A stretch of 63,511 bases of DNA, filler included, from Reclinomonas americana ATCC 50394 (GCA_048213135.1; 11 parts of 4 records of this genome joined end to end with filler, not necessarily neighbours in it), one strand, 5' to 3'; counted from the whole stretch's first letter, positions 49,726 to 63,121 are shown. Translations and numbers: made by a program. The notes: generated by a model from the letters alone, not told the origin.

Positions 49726-51418
49726 CTCTCCGTTTCTCTCTCTCTCTTCGATTCTTCTTCGAATTCATGCACTGCAACTTCATTCACTATACGTGAGAGC
49801 AACTCGATGATAAGTCTGTGTTCTGGACGCCTAGTTCTCGCCGTACTTCGTGGGCGGGGAGGGGAGAGGGGACAACGGANNNNNNNNNNNNNNNNNNNNN
49901 NNNNNNNNNNNNNNNNNNNNNNNNNNNNNNNNNNNNNNNNNNNNNNNNNNNNNNNNNNNNNNNNNNNNNNNNNNNNNNNNNNNNNNNNNNNNNNNNNNNN
50001 NNNNNNNNNNNNNNNNNNNNNNNNNNNNNNNNNNNNNNNNNNNNNNNNNNNNNNNNNNNNNNNNNNNNNNNNNNNNNNNNNNNNNNNNNNNNNNNNNNNN
50101 NNNNNNNNNNNNNNNNNNNNNNNNNNNNNNNNNNNNNNNNNNNNNNNNNNNNNNNNNNNNNNNNNNNNNNNNNNNNNNNNNNNNNNNNNNNNNNNNNNNN
50201 NNNNNNNNNNNNNNNNNNNNNNNNNNNNNNNNNNNNNNNNNNNNNNNNNNNNNNNNNNNNNNNNNNNNNNNNNNNNNNNNNNNNNNNNNNNNNNNNNNNN
50301 NNNNNNNNNNNNNNNNNNNNNNNNNNNNNNNNNNNNNNNNNNNGGTGTCGCCTGTTCGTTCCCCCGAGCGCCAGCCTCCCACGACAACAACTTCAGCAGT
50401 TCCGACTCTGACAGCGAGCCTCTTGACGATGAAGAAGGGTTCAACTCCCCTCAGTCTCCTCGCCACCTGTCTCCTGCCTCACCCCAGTCGCACTCGCGTG
50501 ACGATGAGATGTCTCCCTATGCTGCTTCCCCCNNNNNNNNNNNNNNNNNNNNNNNNNNNNNNNNNNNNNNNNGTGGCACGTGGTTGTGCCACCGCGCGGC
50601 GGACGGACACATTTTTGGTCGGCGACACAATGAGATGTGGCGCAAAACAGTACCGCCGACCCGTCGTCTAACCATCGCCGCCAGTGCGAAAAGGGGGGAG
50701 TGCGCGACTCACGTAACATTGGCGTTCGTTGAAGTCGAGAACTGCGATCTCCACCGCAGAAAGCGTGGTTGAACAGTGGATTTTACGCACTTGCACAGAC
50801 GTATAGCGTTTCTTGCGATCGTCGTACAAGGCACAATTTCCCGAATTCGAAGCCGCGGCCCTGTCCGGATATCGATCCATGAAGCATGCAAAGCAGTGGA
50901 GGCGTCGTCGCTGGTGGTGTGTCAGTTACTTACACGGACACTGCAGTTTCTACGTTTGGGTTCCACCACATCCGCGCATGCGCGCACGCAAACCGACTCA
51001 TGATCGCCCCAATCTCCGATCGCATGCACGTCGATATCATGTCCAACTTGTATTGCCCAACTCCCCCACACATGCATATGTCCACTCCTCCTCCTGCAGC
51101 TCAATCACGCCACATGCTCAATTTTGTCGGGTGGCGCGGCGTCTACGATGATTTGCCCTCATCTCCAAAACTGGCAATGCACATTGACGTGTTGCCTCTC
51201 TCTCTCTCTCACACACAGACACACACTGGCACACCGACTCGCACACACACGCATAGACAATCACTCTCTCTCGCACAGTTATTACCGTTCCGTAAACCCA
51301 TGATGAGAAAATTGGTTGATCCGACGATTCTTCGACGACGACACGCACTTAGTCGCGCATTGTGCTCTTGCTCCTGTGTGTCTGTGTGATTGTCAGAGAG
51401 TGTCGTGTGTGTGCGACG

Positions 51419-54400
51419 ATGGCGTCCGCGGTGGCCGCCGGTGACGATGAACCCATCATCACTCCGCCACAGCAGCGACCAAAGGATCGATACACGCGGG
51501 TTGAGTAATCCACAGAGACGCAGACAGACAGACAGACAGACACACTGATCACTCTCTCGCACGTATGTGTGTGTCACCTCTGCCACCACACTGGCATTGC
51601 GCGTCTCTCTGTGCACGCGCGTGTGTGTGTGTGTTTCGTCCCAGTTGATGGCTGATCGCACTCGTTTGCACTTGGGCACGCTTCCTCATTCCCATTCTCT
51701 TGTCTCTCTCACGCACATGTCTCTGTCTCTCTCTCTCTCTCATGTGTTCGAGAGACAAGCACATGCGCACAAAGAAGCGGCTAGTTGCCCGAGTGCGCGC
51801 GCGCGCTTGAATGGTTTTTCTCTTGGTGCTTTACAAGGGCGGCCATCTTCCACCGCCAAACCTTGTTTCTTTTGTGTGCTCTTCTGCTTCTCTGTGAATG
51901 CACGCCACCACTCTATCCCACACTGAGTCGCACGCACATGTGTGTTTTGCGTTCGTGTCTCACATACCACCGAAAGAGACTTGAGGGCTTTTTCCGTTGC
52001 TCTCACACGCGTGACTCTGACACGCTCTCTCTGCTTGTGCGCGTGTGTGTGCGTCTACAGTTGGGGCAGATTGGCGTTGGCGCATACAAGATTGTGTACG
52101 AGGCCGTCAACCACGACACAGGCACGCAAGTGTGTTGGAACGAGCTCAAAATCCCGCACGGCGCTCCTCCGGTCAGTCACACTCTCTCACACACACACGC
52201 ACTTGCTTGCCTCTCTCTCTCACACGCGTCTCTTCTTGCTTGTGTGCACACACAGGACGACCGTCGCAAGATCTTGCGCGAGGTGGGCATCCTGCAGCGC
52301 TTGAATCACGAGCATGTGATTCCGATCTTGGACTGCTGGGAGGACCCTGCCAATGGCGAGCTGGTGTTCATCACAGAGGTCTGTGTGTGTGTCTTGCTTG
52401 CTTATGCAGTGTGTGCGTCTCAAACGAGCGTGTGTGTGTAACAGCTGATGACCTCGGGAACGCTGAAAGAGTTGCGTCTATATTGGAGCGGAATATGGGA
52501 AGCTTTTCACTGTGTGTTGGAGACGCATGTGTGTGTCTGTGTGCCTGTTTTGTGCGTGTGCGTTCCTCCGATGCCCGCTTCGCGTGTCGCCGCCGGTTGT
52601 TCAATTCAACTCCTTTGGCATCTGTGTGTGTGTCGGTCACCCGTTTGTTTTGTGTGTTGTTTTTTTTTCGGGACGGCACTCTTTGTGCACGTGCATCTGC
52701 ATATGCGTGTGTGTGGCGCGGCANNNNNNNNNNNNNNNNNNNNNNNNNNNNNNNNNNNNNNNNNNNNTTAATTAATTAANNNNNNNNNNNNNNNNNNNNN
52801 NNNNNNNNNNNNNNNNNNNNNNNTCGGGGTACGGAACGCGTTCCAGGGCCGCCGGCTTCAGGCCCTCAATGACCTTTTTGAAAATGGCGGCCATGTTGGT
52901 GCACTCGCTGAACGGGTACTCGCCCGTCGCCATCTCCAACACCACCATGCCAAAGGCGTAAACATCCACCTTGGTGGTGTACCGCTCGTTGTACAGCTCG
53001 GGGGCCATGAACTCGGGAGTGCCTGTCGCAAAAATGGCAATGAGATTCGCAATCTACGAAGGCCTTTTCACGGTGCAAGATACTCACCAATGACAGACAT
53101 GGCGTAGCGCTTCTCCTTCATCATGTACGACAGGCCGAGATCGCCAATCTTCAGCTCGCCGCGGGTGCCATTCACGAACAGGTTGTCTGCGCGACGAGTG
53201 AGACATCATTCTCGTGACCTGCACGCATGAAAAGTGCAACACGCACCGGCTTTGATGTCGCGATGAATGATTGGTGGTTCGTGGTTGTGCAGGTACGAGA
53301 GGCCATGCAGAATCTGAATGCACCAGTTCTTGATGATCTTCAGCTTGACCTTCTTCACGCGCTTCAGATATCTGGGTGGCGCGGGAGTTAGTCACCGGAC
53401 GATACAGCAGCGCGCAAGAGACAGGAATGGAAAGCATACAACTGCTTCCACCCCGCGGCTACTGATGCGCACTCTCTGATTTTGCTGCTCGGGAGAAGGA
53501 GAGGGAAGAGGGAGAGGGAAGAGGGAGACGAAGCAGACACGGGACACTCACTGTATGCACAGTCTGACAATTACCAATCGTCACAGATCCTCTCTCCTCT
53601 CTCCTCTTTCTCCCCTCTCCTCTCCCTCTCTGCACCTGNNNNNNNNNNNNNNNNNNNNNNNNNNNNNNNNNNNNNNNNNNNNNNNNNNNNNNNNNNNNNN
53701 NNNNNNNNNNNNNNNNNNNNNNNNNNNNNNNNNNNNNNNNNNNNNNNNNNNNNNNNNNNNNNNNNNNNNNNNNNNNNNNNNNNNNNNNNNNNNNNNNNNN
53801 NNNNNNNNNNNNNNNNNNNNNNNNNNNNNNNNNNNNNNNNNNNNNNNNNNNNNNNNNNNNNNNNNNNNNNNNNNNNNNNNNNNNNNNNNNNNNNNNNNNN
53901 NNNNNNNNNNNNNNNNNNNNNNNNNNNNNNNNNNNNNNNNNNNNNNNNNNNNNNNNNNNNNNNNNNNNNNNNNNNNNNNNNNNNNNNNNNNNNNNNNNNN
54001 NNNNNNNNNNNNNNNNNNNNNNNNNNNNNNNNNNNNNNNNNNNNNNNNNNNNNNNNNNNNNNNNNNNNNNNNNNNNNNNNNNNNNNNNNNNNNNNNNNNN
54101 NNNNNNNNNNNNNNNNNNNNNNNNNNNNNNNNNNNNNNNNNNNNNNNNNNNNNNNNNNNNNNNNNNNNNNNNNNNNNNNNNNNNNNNNNNNNNNNNNNNN
54201 NNTCTGCGCGAATTCATCGAGTTGTGCTTGCTGCCGGAGGAGCAGAGATGGGACGCTGATCAGCTGCTGAACCATCCCTTCTTGGCCGACCCCGAGAGTG
54301 ACGACGGCCGCACCATTGTGTTGGAAGGTGGGTTGTCGGGATCATTATTTTGACGCACCTGGCATTTCGCTCACTCTGTTTGTTTTCGCGTGCAGCCGAC

Positions 54401-56158
54401 AAGTCGATGCTGACCGCCGGCGCTGTGGTCATTCCGCCGCCGTCGCCGTCTGGAAATCACTCGCTGACCGTGGGGAACGTCACCAACAGCTCCTCCTCTG
54501 CTGCCGGGGGCTCGGTGGCCGCCGTTTCTGCACCCGTGTCGGTGAATTCGACAGGGCATCTCCATCCGTCGCCGCCCCAGGTACCGCCAATGCTCGGCTC
54601 CTTGGAAGCTCCCGGCTCTCTGAGCCACTTGCTGGAAGGCGACGAGGAGGAAGAGGCTACCAGCTCAGAGATGATGGAGGGAGCGCAGGCGGTGGTGCTG
54701 AAGGAGGAGGGCGATGTGTTGTACATCAAGCTCACGCTGCAGTCGGAGGACAAGCGGCGTGAGGTCCGCTTCAAGTTCAACCTGTTGAAGGACACGTCGG
54801 ATATGGTGGCGCAAGAAATGTGTCAGGAGCTGGACTTCCCGGCGTCATTCATGGCCTGCGTCAAGCAGGATCTCGACGTGATTGTGAGCAAGAAGAGGAC
54901 GGTCATGGAGGTGGCCTCGCGCACGACACCCACCTCTGATGGCTCGGGCAACTTGATCGCCGATGCCGCAACGTTGCGTACTCTGGTGGATGATTGCTTG
55001 ACAATAAGTCGCTAAATCACTTCTCTCTCTCACAGTACTCCAATGGCCACCAGTCCGCGGGAGAGCCTCGTTGGTATGCTGGTCAAGAGCAAGTTTGACG
55101 GTGGCGGCGATGCACGACACTCGCGCGCCTCGTCTGGTGCGTGATGACACTCGTTTGTAGGAACATGAGTTGAGCGCACGTACTCATTCATTTCTTTTTG
55201 TTGCTCTCCAGGTGCTTCACCGGTGTTCTCTGCGGTCACGACCGTGTTCCCCGATGGTGGATCAAGTGGAGGCGCGGCGGGCGACGACACACGTCAAGTT
55301 TCGTCACGAGTCCACTGTGTTTTTCTTGTCCGTTTCTCGCACACTTCTCACCCCGCGACGCAATCGCAGCCCTCTTCGCCCCTGGTGCACAACTCGCCCC
55401 CCAAGCTGCCCCCGGATCAGCCAGCTCAGGCTCCAGCCAAGCCAGTCGACGTTGCGTACACCCAGAGTGCCTCGAGCTACCACTTGCTGTGTCTCACATT
55501 TTGTGTGTGTGTGTGTGTGTGTGCAGGATTTTGACCTTCTAGTCGGCGGTGTGGTGGCGCCTCCCAACGTGCAGCGTCCGACTGTCGTGGTGCGTCCCGT
55601 TTTGCTTGGCACCAATCTCCGTGTGCAATTTACTTACCCTTGTGTGTGCAGGTTCCCCCATCTCCTCCTCGTGGCGTGGTGGTGACGGCACCAGTGTCAC
55701 AGCCGCTTGTGCCCCTCTCACCACCCACCTCCTCGTCGACCACGCCGTCGCCGACGACTCCTGGTGTGGGTGCGCCGCTCTCACCGAGGACACTGCAGAC
55801 GCCGACTCCTGTGCCAACTCCCACCTCGGCCATTCTGATTCCGCTCACTCCGCCACCAGTGTCGTCGCAACCGTCGTCGCAGTCGACGTCGCCGATGCAC
55901 ACGCCCATTAGTCAGCCGGCATCCATGGTGCCGTCATCTGCCGTCGCTCCGCCGCGGCAGGAGGCTCTCATTGAGGACCTCTTCACGGCACCGGACAGCG
56001 TGGAACCTGCGCCGCGACCAGTCACAGTTCCCGACCCATTCAGTCCGTTTGGCATGCACAACCTGCCGCCGCCCATGGTGCCTGCTTCGCCAGCCTTTGG
56101 CGGCAGTGAGTCGGACTACGATGCGGCGGCTGAGCCCGGTCAGGCGCTTGGTTTCGCG
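51419..56158 (+). CDS. WNK: WNK-family kinase; exons at 52824-53371 are on a flipped contig, 3' end in gap
   Basis: GVGAYKIVY (Lys in subdomain I), [44 protein letters not shown]2/CCT-like [19 protein letters not shown]; Pro-rich tail. Confidence 0.92.
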
Positions 56159-56258
56159 NNNNNNNNNNNNNNNNNNNNNNNNNNNNNNNNNNNNNNNNNN
56201 NNTTAATTAATTAANNNNNNNNNNNNNNNNNNNNNNNNNNNNNNNNNNNNNNNNNNNN

Positions 56259-56432
56259 CCGTACCACACGTCGACGCAGTGCGAGTGGAGACCACGAATG
56301 GGCGACGTGTCGCTGTCGCACCCGCCGCGACTCCGCTTCGAGGCGCCGTACGATCTCGTGGAGCGGGCGGCGGCGGAGATGCAAGTCGACCTCTCCAAGT
56401 ATCTCGCCCACTTGAGTGATGTTGGCCAATGA
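56259..56432 (+). CDS. Probable terminal exon of an unidentified gene
   Basis: Open frame ...FEAPYDLVERAAAEMQVDLSKYL... ending in TGA, followed by an AT-richer UTR-like tract. Confidence 0.4.
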   Translation, partial: PYHTSTQCEWRPRMGDVSLSHPPRLRFEAPYDLVERAAAEMQVDLSKYLAHLSDVGQ

Positions 56433-56638
56433 AATCAAAGAGTGACGACGACGACGATGTTAAACACAGAGTTTGTTTTCCATTTCCGTTTCTCCACCTA
56501 CACACACGACCATCACCAACGTAGCATACACCCTCCTGAAAAAAACTCCTCCAACTGGAGCGAGCGAGAGGGAGAACAGCACACGAGGAAACAACACAAG
56601 AATGCAGTGGGGCAGTAACGATAAAACTACAAAAAGAC

Positions 56639-57420
56639 CTATTTTCTGCCTTGTGACCCGAAGGTGGCTATTTGCTGCAGGGCGGCGGCTTGCAGCGTGT
56701 CATTGGGCACACTTCTCACACCTGCGCGACGAACAACCAGTGAGAAACATGAGCTGATTCTGCAGACACAGACACGCGCGTACCCTTGATGCTCAGGGGC
56801 GAAGTGGCGGAAGGAGGGGGACTGCCTTCGAAGAACGTGCCAAACTGATCCGCAGAACTCGGACCCACGTGTCCGTTGGCGTACCCGTTCACACTCTCCA
56901 CGTACGAGCCACCTGTCGGTGGAGGCACGCTGGCTGTGGTGACCAGCGCCGACGACGCCGACGACGACGAGAACGCAGGTGACGGCACCGACATGGCACC
57001 ATGGGCGTCCATCATGTGTGTCGGCACAGACAGCGATGTCGGCAACGACTGCGTGTGCACATGGAAGGTCGCTGGCACTGCCGCCGCTGCGCTTGCTACG
57101 GTCACGGGAGCGGGAGTAGGTGCCGGTGCTGCCGCCGGTGCCGCAGCAGTCGGTGCAGGAGGAGCAGCGGCAGTAGCAGCAGAAGCAGTAGCCGCCGCCG
57201 CCGCCGCCGGTAATGACGGGCCTGCAGGCGCAGCAGGTGCAGCCGCCATGGTAGTGGTCGTCTCGCGCAACTTGGTCGACTCGACATGCAGCCGGCTCTT
57301 CTCCCCGGTGAAGTAGTGGGCGGCGTGGTCATAAATGTCGACCTCGGCGTCCACCAACTTCATCGCACTCTCCTTGAAGGCTTTTATCGCCTCGGTGGCC
57401 ACCTCCGCGTCAAGCTCACC
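56639..57420 (-). CDS. 3' part of a protein with a helical (possibly BAR-like) segment and an Ala/Pro/Ser-rich tail
   Basis: AIKAFKESAMKLVDAEVDIYDHAAHYF, then low complexity; two small terminal exons with canonical splice sites. Confidence 0.6.
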
Positions 57421-57686
57421 TGCGTGTGCGAGGTGATGAGGACTGNNNNNNNNNNNNNNNNNNNNNNNNNNNNNNNNNNNNNNNNNNNNNNNNNNNNNNN
57501 NNNNNNNNNNNNNNNNNNNNNNNNNNNNNNNNNNNNNNNNNNNNNNNNNNNNNNNNNNNNNNNNNNNNNNNNNNNNNNNNNNNNNNNNNNNNNNNNNNNN
57601 NNNNNNNNNNNNNNNNNNNNNNNNNNNNNNNNNNNNNNNNNNNNNNNNNNNNNNNNNNNNNNNNNNNNNNNNNNNNNNNNNNNNNN

Positions 57687-59115
57687 GGGCGAGGAGACGG
57701 AGGAGGAGGTGAGAGAGACCTTGGGCAGTGCGGCGGCCAGCAAGGCCAGTCGACTCTCCATGCACGCAGCGAAGAAGATCCACTCAGTGTCCTGCGTGTT
57801 GATTGTCAAACGAATGGAGATCTCGGCGACGCCATTGCCACTGGCGCTGCTGGCGTGTGATGGCGGTGTGTATCTTTGTGAGCCTCCTTCCCACTCACCT
57901 GCGCGACGAGCTCACCCCCGTCGCAGACCACTTTGACTTTTCGCATCGTCCGGAGAACATGCTGTGTGCCGACTCGTCAGTGTACTCGTCGTCGCCATCG
58001 CGTGGCGCTCAGCATGTGCACATGTTGATGGCGTGTGATCCCGATGGGCGGTTGCGGCGACGGCGACGACTGATGCGACGCACCCCGGCATCATCATCAT
58101 CGCGAGCTCCGCCTCCACCGACGTCGTCTTCTTCGTCTTCATCGTCGCTCTTGCGTGGACTGCTGTTGGATACGTTGGCGTTGCGGCAGCAGGTGGCGCC
58201 TCGTCTGTACCAGCAGCGGCGTCCTCCTCCTCCTGCTTCACAGCAGCAACAGCAGCAGCAACAACAACAGAGGTCGTTGTTGTCTTCGTTCATGTCGAGC
58301 GTGTCGATTGCGGCGTTGGCGGCTGCGGCACCGGGTGTGCGTGATCGACCGCGCGCACCCTTGTCGTCGTCTTCGTCATTGGATTCAGCAGGGCACAGCG
58401 CTGTGTTGCGTCGTGCGGCCTTTGCTGCGCAGCACGATGATGACGACGATGACGACGACGATGGCGACGATGACGACGACGATGGCGACGATGATCAAGA
58501 AGACGAAGAGGTCGACGGTGGCGAGCAGGAAGGGGAGGAAGAGGAGGAGGAGGAGGAAGCGGCAGTGGATGAGGGCGACGGTGATTCGCCGGCCTCGACA
58601 CGAGCGTTTGTGTGTTCACGGGTGTTGATCAAAGCGCCGGAGACGGGCACTCATCCGCTACGCTCGTGTGTGGTGGCGTTCTCGTGGGATGCACCGCCGG
58701 TGCCTCCGGATCCGGGCGGTCCGCACTTTGAGGAGTTGTCGCACCGCGAGTTGTTAGAGTTGTCGGCGTGGAGTCGAGGCAGAGCGACGACAGCGACGGC
58801 GAGTGATGCGTCGCATGTGCTGGCGGTCGGTGATCAACGAGTGCTATATGTGGATCTCGGCCGCAAGCGTTCGTGTGCGGTCGACTTTCCTCCCGTCGTC
58901 TGCCGCTACGTGTCATTAAGTTGCGTCCTCGGCATTGCCCTTCTCCCCCTTGTTCATCCATCTCACCAACAGACATCACCACAGCACTGCTCGACGCCAG
59001 CACTTCGTCCTCGTCGGCGGCAGCCAGAGCCGAACCACACGTCGATGTGCAATACTTTGCGCTCTTCGGCAACTGCACTGGACCCTATGTATTTGGCGAT
59101 CAGGCGCTGGCATGA
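57687..59115 (+). CDS. Uncharacterised protein, probable galactose-binding-like beta-sandwich split by a low-complexity insert
   Basis: LLACDG|DHF..RPENMLCADSSVYSS ... FVCSRVLIKAP ... VDFPPVVCRYVSL|NI...HVDVQYFALFG. Confidence 0.6.
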
Positions 59116-59370
59116 CACGAGATTGCTAATTCAACGTAAAATGTATACTTCCAACAAATGCCAAACACGAGAGCAGCACCAACGCACACACACACTCACA
59201 CTAAATCACGTGGGCAATCAACACCAACACCAACTACCACTTCCCGAGGTCACACAAGACGGCAGGCATTCTGTGCCTCGCCCTCCAGTCCTCCTGTTGC
59301 GCCACACTCTACCACAAACATACATGCATAGATACATACACACACAGATCCACTCGGTGCACAGAGACTA

Positions 59371-61571
59371 TTACTGATTCTTGCACTCTTGCTTCTCGGG
59401 CGCCTTGAACTGGAAGCCACCCTTCTTGCCACCACCAGAGCCAGCACCGCCTTCACCGTCGTCCTTCTTGGACGGTGGTGGACCGGCCTTGCCGCCACGC
59501 TTGCCCTGCTTGCCCTTCGGAGGCTCGTCATCGCTGCTCTCATCGTCATCGTCGTCGTCGTCATCATCATCATCGTCGCCGCCGCCACCCATCATGCCAC
59601 CCTGCATCAGCTTCAACAACTGCAGCACGTAGCAAGCAAATGGTAAGCGACCAAAGAGGAAAGGGGATCAGTAGCGAAAAGGTGCGAACGCAACTGTCTC
59701 CATGTCCATCTTGTCGTCGTCGGGGCCGGCAAAGTAGTCGACGGCCTTCGGGATGATGCTGTCGCGGAAGAACATGCCAATCTCCAAATCCTCCTGTATC
59801 CTGGCGTGCTTCTGCAGAGGGGAGTGTGAGAAGGCAGCACGCTACTGCGTACTAAATAAAACACCCATTCACGCAACTCCGTCGTCGGAGCCAGAGCCGT
59901 CGTCATCATCATCGTCGTCGTCCTCGTCGTCGCTGTCGTCGAGCGCAGGCGGGTCGAAAAAGTTGAAGAACGAGTCGACCTTGACGTACTGGTCCACCGG
60001 TGCACCGCCACGTCCGCCGCCACGTCCGCCGCGGCCACCACGGCCTCCGCGACGACCAGCCTTGCCTTGGATGCGCTTCTTGGTCAAATCCTGGCCCTTC
60101 CAGTGAATGGGGCAGCTGTTTTCAACAACAACAAGTGAGATACAAACACCAAACAAGATACGGGCACGCTACGTTTCTCTCTCTCTCTCTCTCACCCCTT
60201 GACGTCACGCAGCACTGGTGACTCCTTCTCTTCCGGCACAAAGTTGTACTCCTTGGTCAGCACAGTGTCGGAGAAGAACTCGTTCTCGTTGAAGTGGAAC
60301 TCCAGAGTGAAATCCTGCGCACAACAATAAAACGACATGAGTAACACAGCTAAAATCCCTGCTTTGCAGAAAAAGACGATAGCAACGCACCCGCTGTCCG
60401 GGGACGGAGATGGCGCGAATGTCGCGCAGCGAGCGGAGAGCATCCAGATCGCGCTCCTCAATCAGCTGCTCAAACTCCTCCACATTCATCAGCACACTCA
60501 ACCAGAACTCGGGCACACCGCGGGGCGCGGCAGCCAGCTGCTCGGCAGTCGGAGCCTCGGGCCGTTCTGGTCTGCCCTCATCCTCCTCGTCGCCCTCCTC
60601 CTTCTCCTTCTCACCCTCCTCCTCGTCGTCGTCCTCCTCGGGCTTCGCCTTTTGCGACTCGGGCACCTCAAAGTCCGCATCCGCCGGCTCCACCTCGCCC
60701 GTCACAATGGCCGAGCGGCGAGCAAACAGCGGCGCCATCAGCGCGTGGTACTTGTCCTCCACCGCCTGCAGCTCCTCGTGCTTGCGCAGAATCAAGTCGT
60801 CGACCTGCAGCTGCAACGTCTCCAGCGCCGCAATGCGGTACTTGACGGCCGCCGGCGTCTCCTCGTCGTCGTCCACGTCACCCTCCTGCATGCGGCCCTC
60901 GCCAGACGACGAGCCCGCACCAGCACCACCACGCGACAGCGCGGCCAGCAGCGCCTCCGCCGAGGTGGCCTTGGACAGTGTCCGATCTGCCATGGCCGAC
61001 GACACTGGCGTGTTGGCCGGAGTCGTAATCGACGGTTGCATGCGCGACGCCACCGCCTGCAGACTCTCCGTCACCGTCAGACCTATAAATAGGGGGGTGA
61101 GTGAAAAAAGAAAACAAAGTGGGCCATGTGCACATGCACATGCACGCACATATATTTACAACACTTCCCCCCCGACTTGGAGAACACGCAAAAGAAAGAG
61201 CGCGGCGAATGATGCACACAGCAGAACGCACGACAGGCAGACCATGAGGCAGAGGCAAACAAAACAGATGCGACCAAATGCTCGAACGGGGTTCAAGTCT
61301 GACAGTGAAACTGACCCCCAAAACACGCCGGCGCACACAAAGACACACGCGGAGAGGAAGAGAGAGACAGCAAAGAGAGAGAGAGAGACACACACAGAGG
61401 GAGAGATGAACAAGCAAGTCAAAAGAGAGAGCTGCTCGGAGCCATTTCGCACACGCTCTCTCCTCCTCTCTCACACACACACTCTCTCTCCCTGTTCTCC
61501 TCTCCCTTCCCCACTCACCAAACGCCGGCGACGCAGGCGACTCTGGCACCGCAATGCCCAGCGAGCCCTGT
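59371..61571 (-). CDS. NAP1: Nucleosome assembly protein 1; 5' end in gap
   Basis: GVPEFW, FTLEFHFNENEFF, LTKEY, CPIHWK, DSFFNFF, IIPKAVDYF, acidic tracts and a terminal CKNQ CaaX-like motif. Confidence 0.95.
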
Positions 61572-61671
61572 NNNNNNNNNNNNNNNNNNNNNNNNNNNNN
61601 NNNNNNNNNNNNNNNTTAATTAATTAANNNNNNNNNNNNNNNNNNNNNNNNNNNNNNNNNNNNNNNNNNNN

Positions 61672-62441
61672 GTTGTTGTTGTTGCTGCTGCTGCTGCTGC
61701 TCCAAGTGGTGCAACTGCAACAGCCTCGGCTGCCGTGAGGGCGACGTAGTCTCCGACGTCTGCAGAGCCGCGGCCTGCTGTGCATGTTGCGCCGCCGCCG
61801 CCGCCGCCTGCTGCAGTTGTTGTTGTTGTTGTTGTTGCAGCTTGTACTGCTGGTTCTTCAGCGACTGCGTGACCGACGGCGGGATCGGCAAAGGGAACGC
61901 CAGCGGCGGGAGAGGCGGCAATGCTGTCGGCGTGCTGGTGAGCGGCGCCGAGGGCATGCGGTTGCCGCGCGACTCGGGAGACATGATATGATCGTCCTGC
62001 TGCATGCGCTCGGTGAGCACCGCCGATGCCAGCGGGCGCTCCGTGTTCGCGGCCACCGCACGCCGACGATTCGGCGGCTGGCGTTGTTGCTGCCGGCGCT
62101 GGTTCAGCTGCTGTTGTTGTCGGCGTCGCGATGCAGAACGACCTTGGCTTTGCGCGACCAGCTCATGGTCGTCATCGTCAATCTCCAAACTCGCCACCTC
62201 GTCCTCATCCTCGTCTTCCGCCTCCTCCTCTTCGTCCTCGTCGACAACGAGAGCATCCTCATCGTCATCATCATCGTCGTCGTCATCCTCTTCCGGTTCC
62301 GGAAAGTCATGGTCGGCCACCAACTGCCGTGCAACTGCCGCCAGGGCGACTGCCGCCCGGTGGCTGCTGGCCCGTCGGCTGCGGCGCGGTGCCAAATCCA
62401 CTTCGTCAGTGAGTGGCGTGCCGTCGTACGACACAAGTGGT
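61672..62441 (-). CDS. Low-complexity (acidic, Gln-rich) coding fragment, possibly part of the adjacent Myb gene on a flipped contig
   Basis: Uninterrupted ~770-nt ORF between gaps. Confidence 0.55.
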
Positions 62442-63121
62442 NNNNNNNNNNNNNNNNNNNNNNNNNNNNNNNNNNNNNNNNNNNNNNNNNNNNNNNNNNN
62501 NNNNNNNNNNNNNNNNNNNNNNNNNNNNNNNNNNNNNNNNNNNNNNNNNNNNNNNNNNNNNNNNNNNNNNNNNNNNNNNNNNNNNNNNNNNNNNNNNNNN
62601 NNNNNNNNNNNNNNNNNNNNNNNNNNNNNNNNNNNNNNNNNNNNNNNNNNNNNNNNNNNNNNNNNNNNNNNNNNNNNNNNNNNNNNNNNNNNNNNNNNNN
62701 NNNNNNNNNNNNNNNNNNNNNNNNNNNNNNNNNNNNNNNNNNNNNNNNNNNNNNNNNNNNNNNNNNNNNNNNNNNNNNNNNNNNNNNNNNNNNNNNNNNN
62801 NNNNNNNNNNNNNNNNNNNNNNNNNNNNNNNNNNNNNNNNNNNNNNNNNNNNNNNNNNNNNNNNNNNNNNNNNNNNNNNNNNNNNNNNNNNNNNNNNNNN
62901 NNNNNNNNNNNNNNNNNNNNNNNNNNNNNNNNNNNNNNNNNNNNNNNNNNNNNNNNNNNNNNNNNNNNNNNNNNNNNNNNNNNNNNNNNNNNNNNNNNNN
63001 NNNNNNNNNNNNNNNNNNNNNNNNNNNNNNNNNNNNNNNNNNNNNNNNNNNNNNNNNNNNNNGTGTGTGTGTTTGTTTTTCTGCATCCTGTTCCCGCCTC
63101 TATGGTTTCCTCATTGGTGAA

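Noticed and set aside
10959-53371. Exons of SepA, Fzr1, the histidine phosphatase and WNK on opposite strands, suggesting trans-splicing or gene scrambling
   Set aside because: Every strand switch coincides with an N gap and contig order follows exon order, so mis-oriented contigs explain it.
3781-61627. Recurrent TTAATTAATTAA as a biological repeat or piggyBac target site
   Set aside because: Always embedded in fixed-length N padding; it is an assembly linker.
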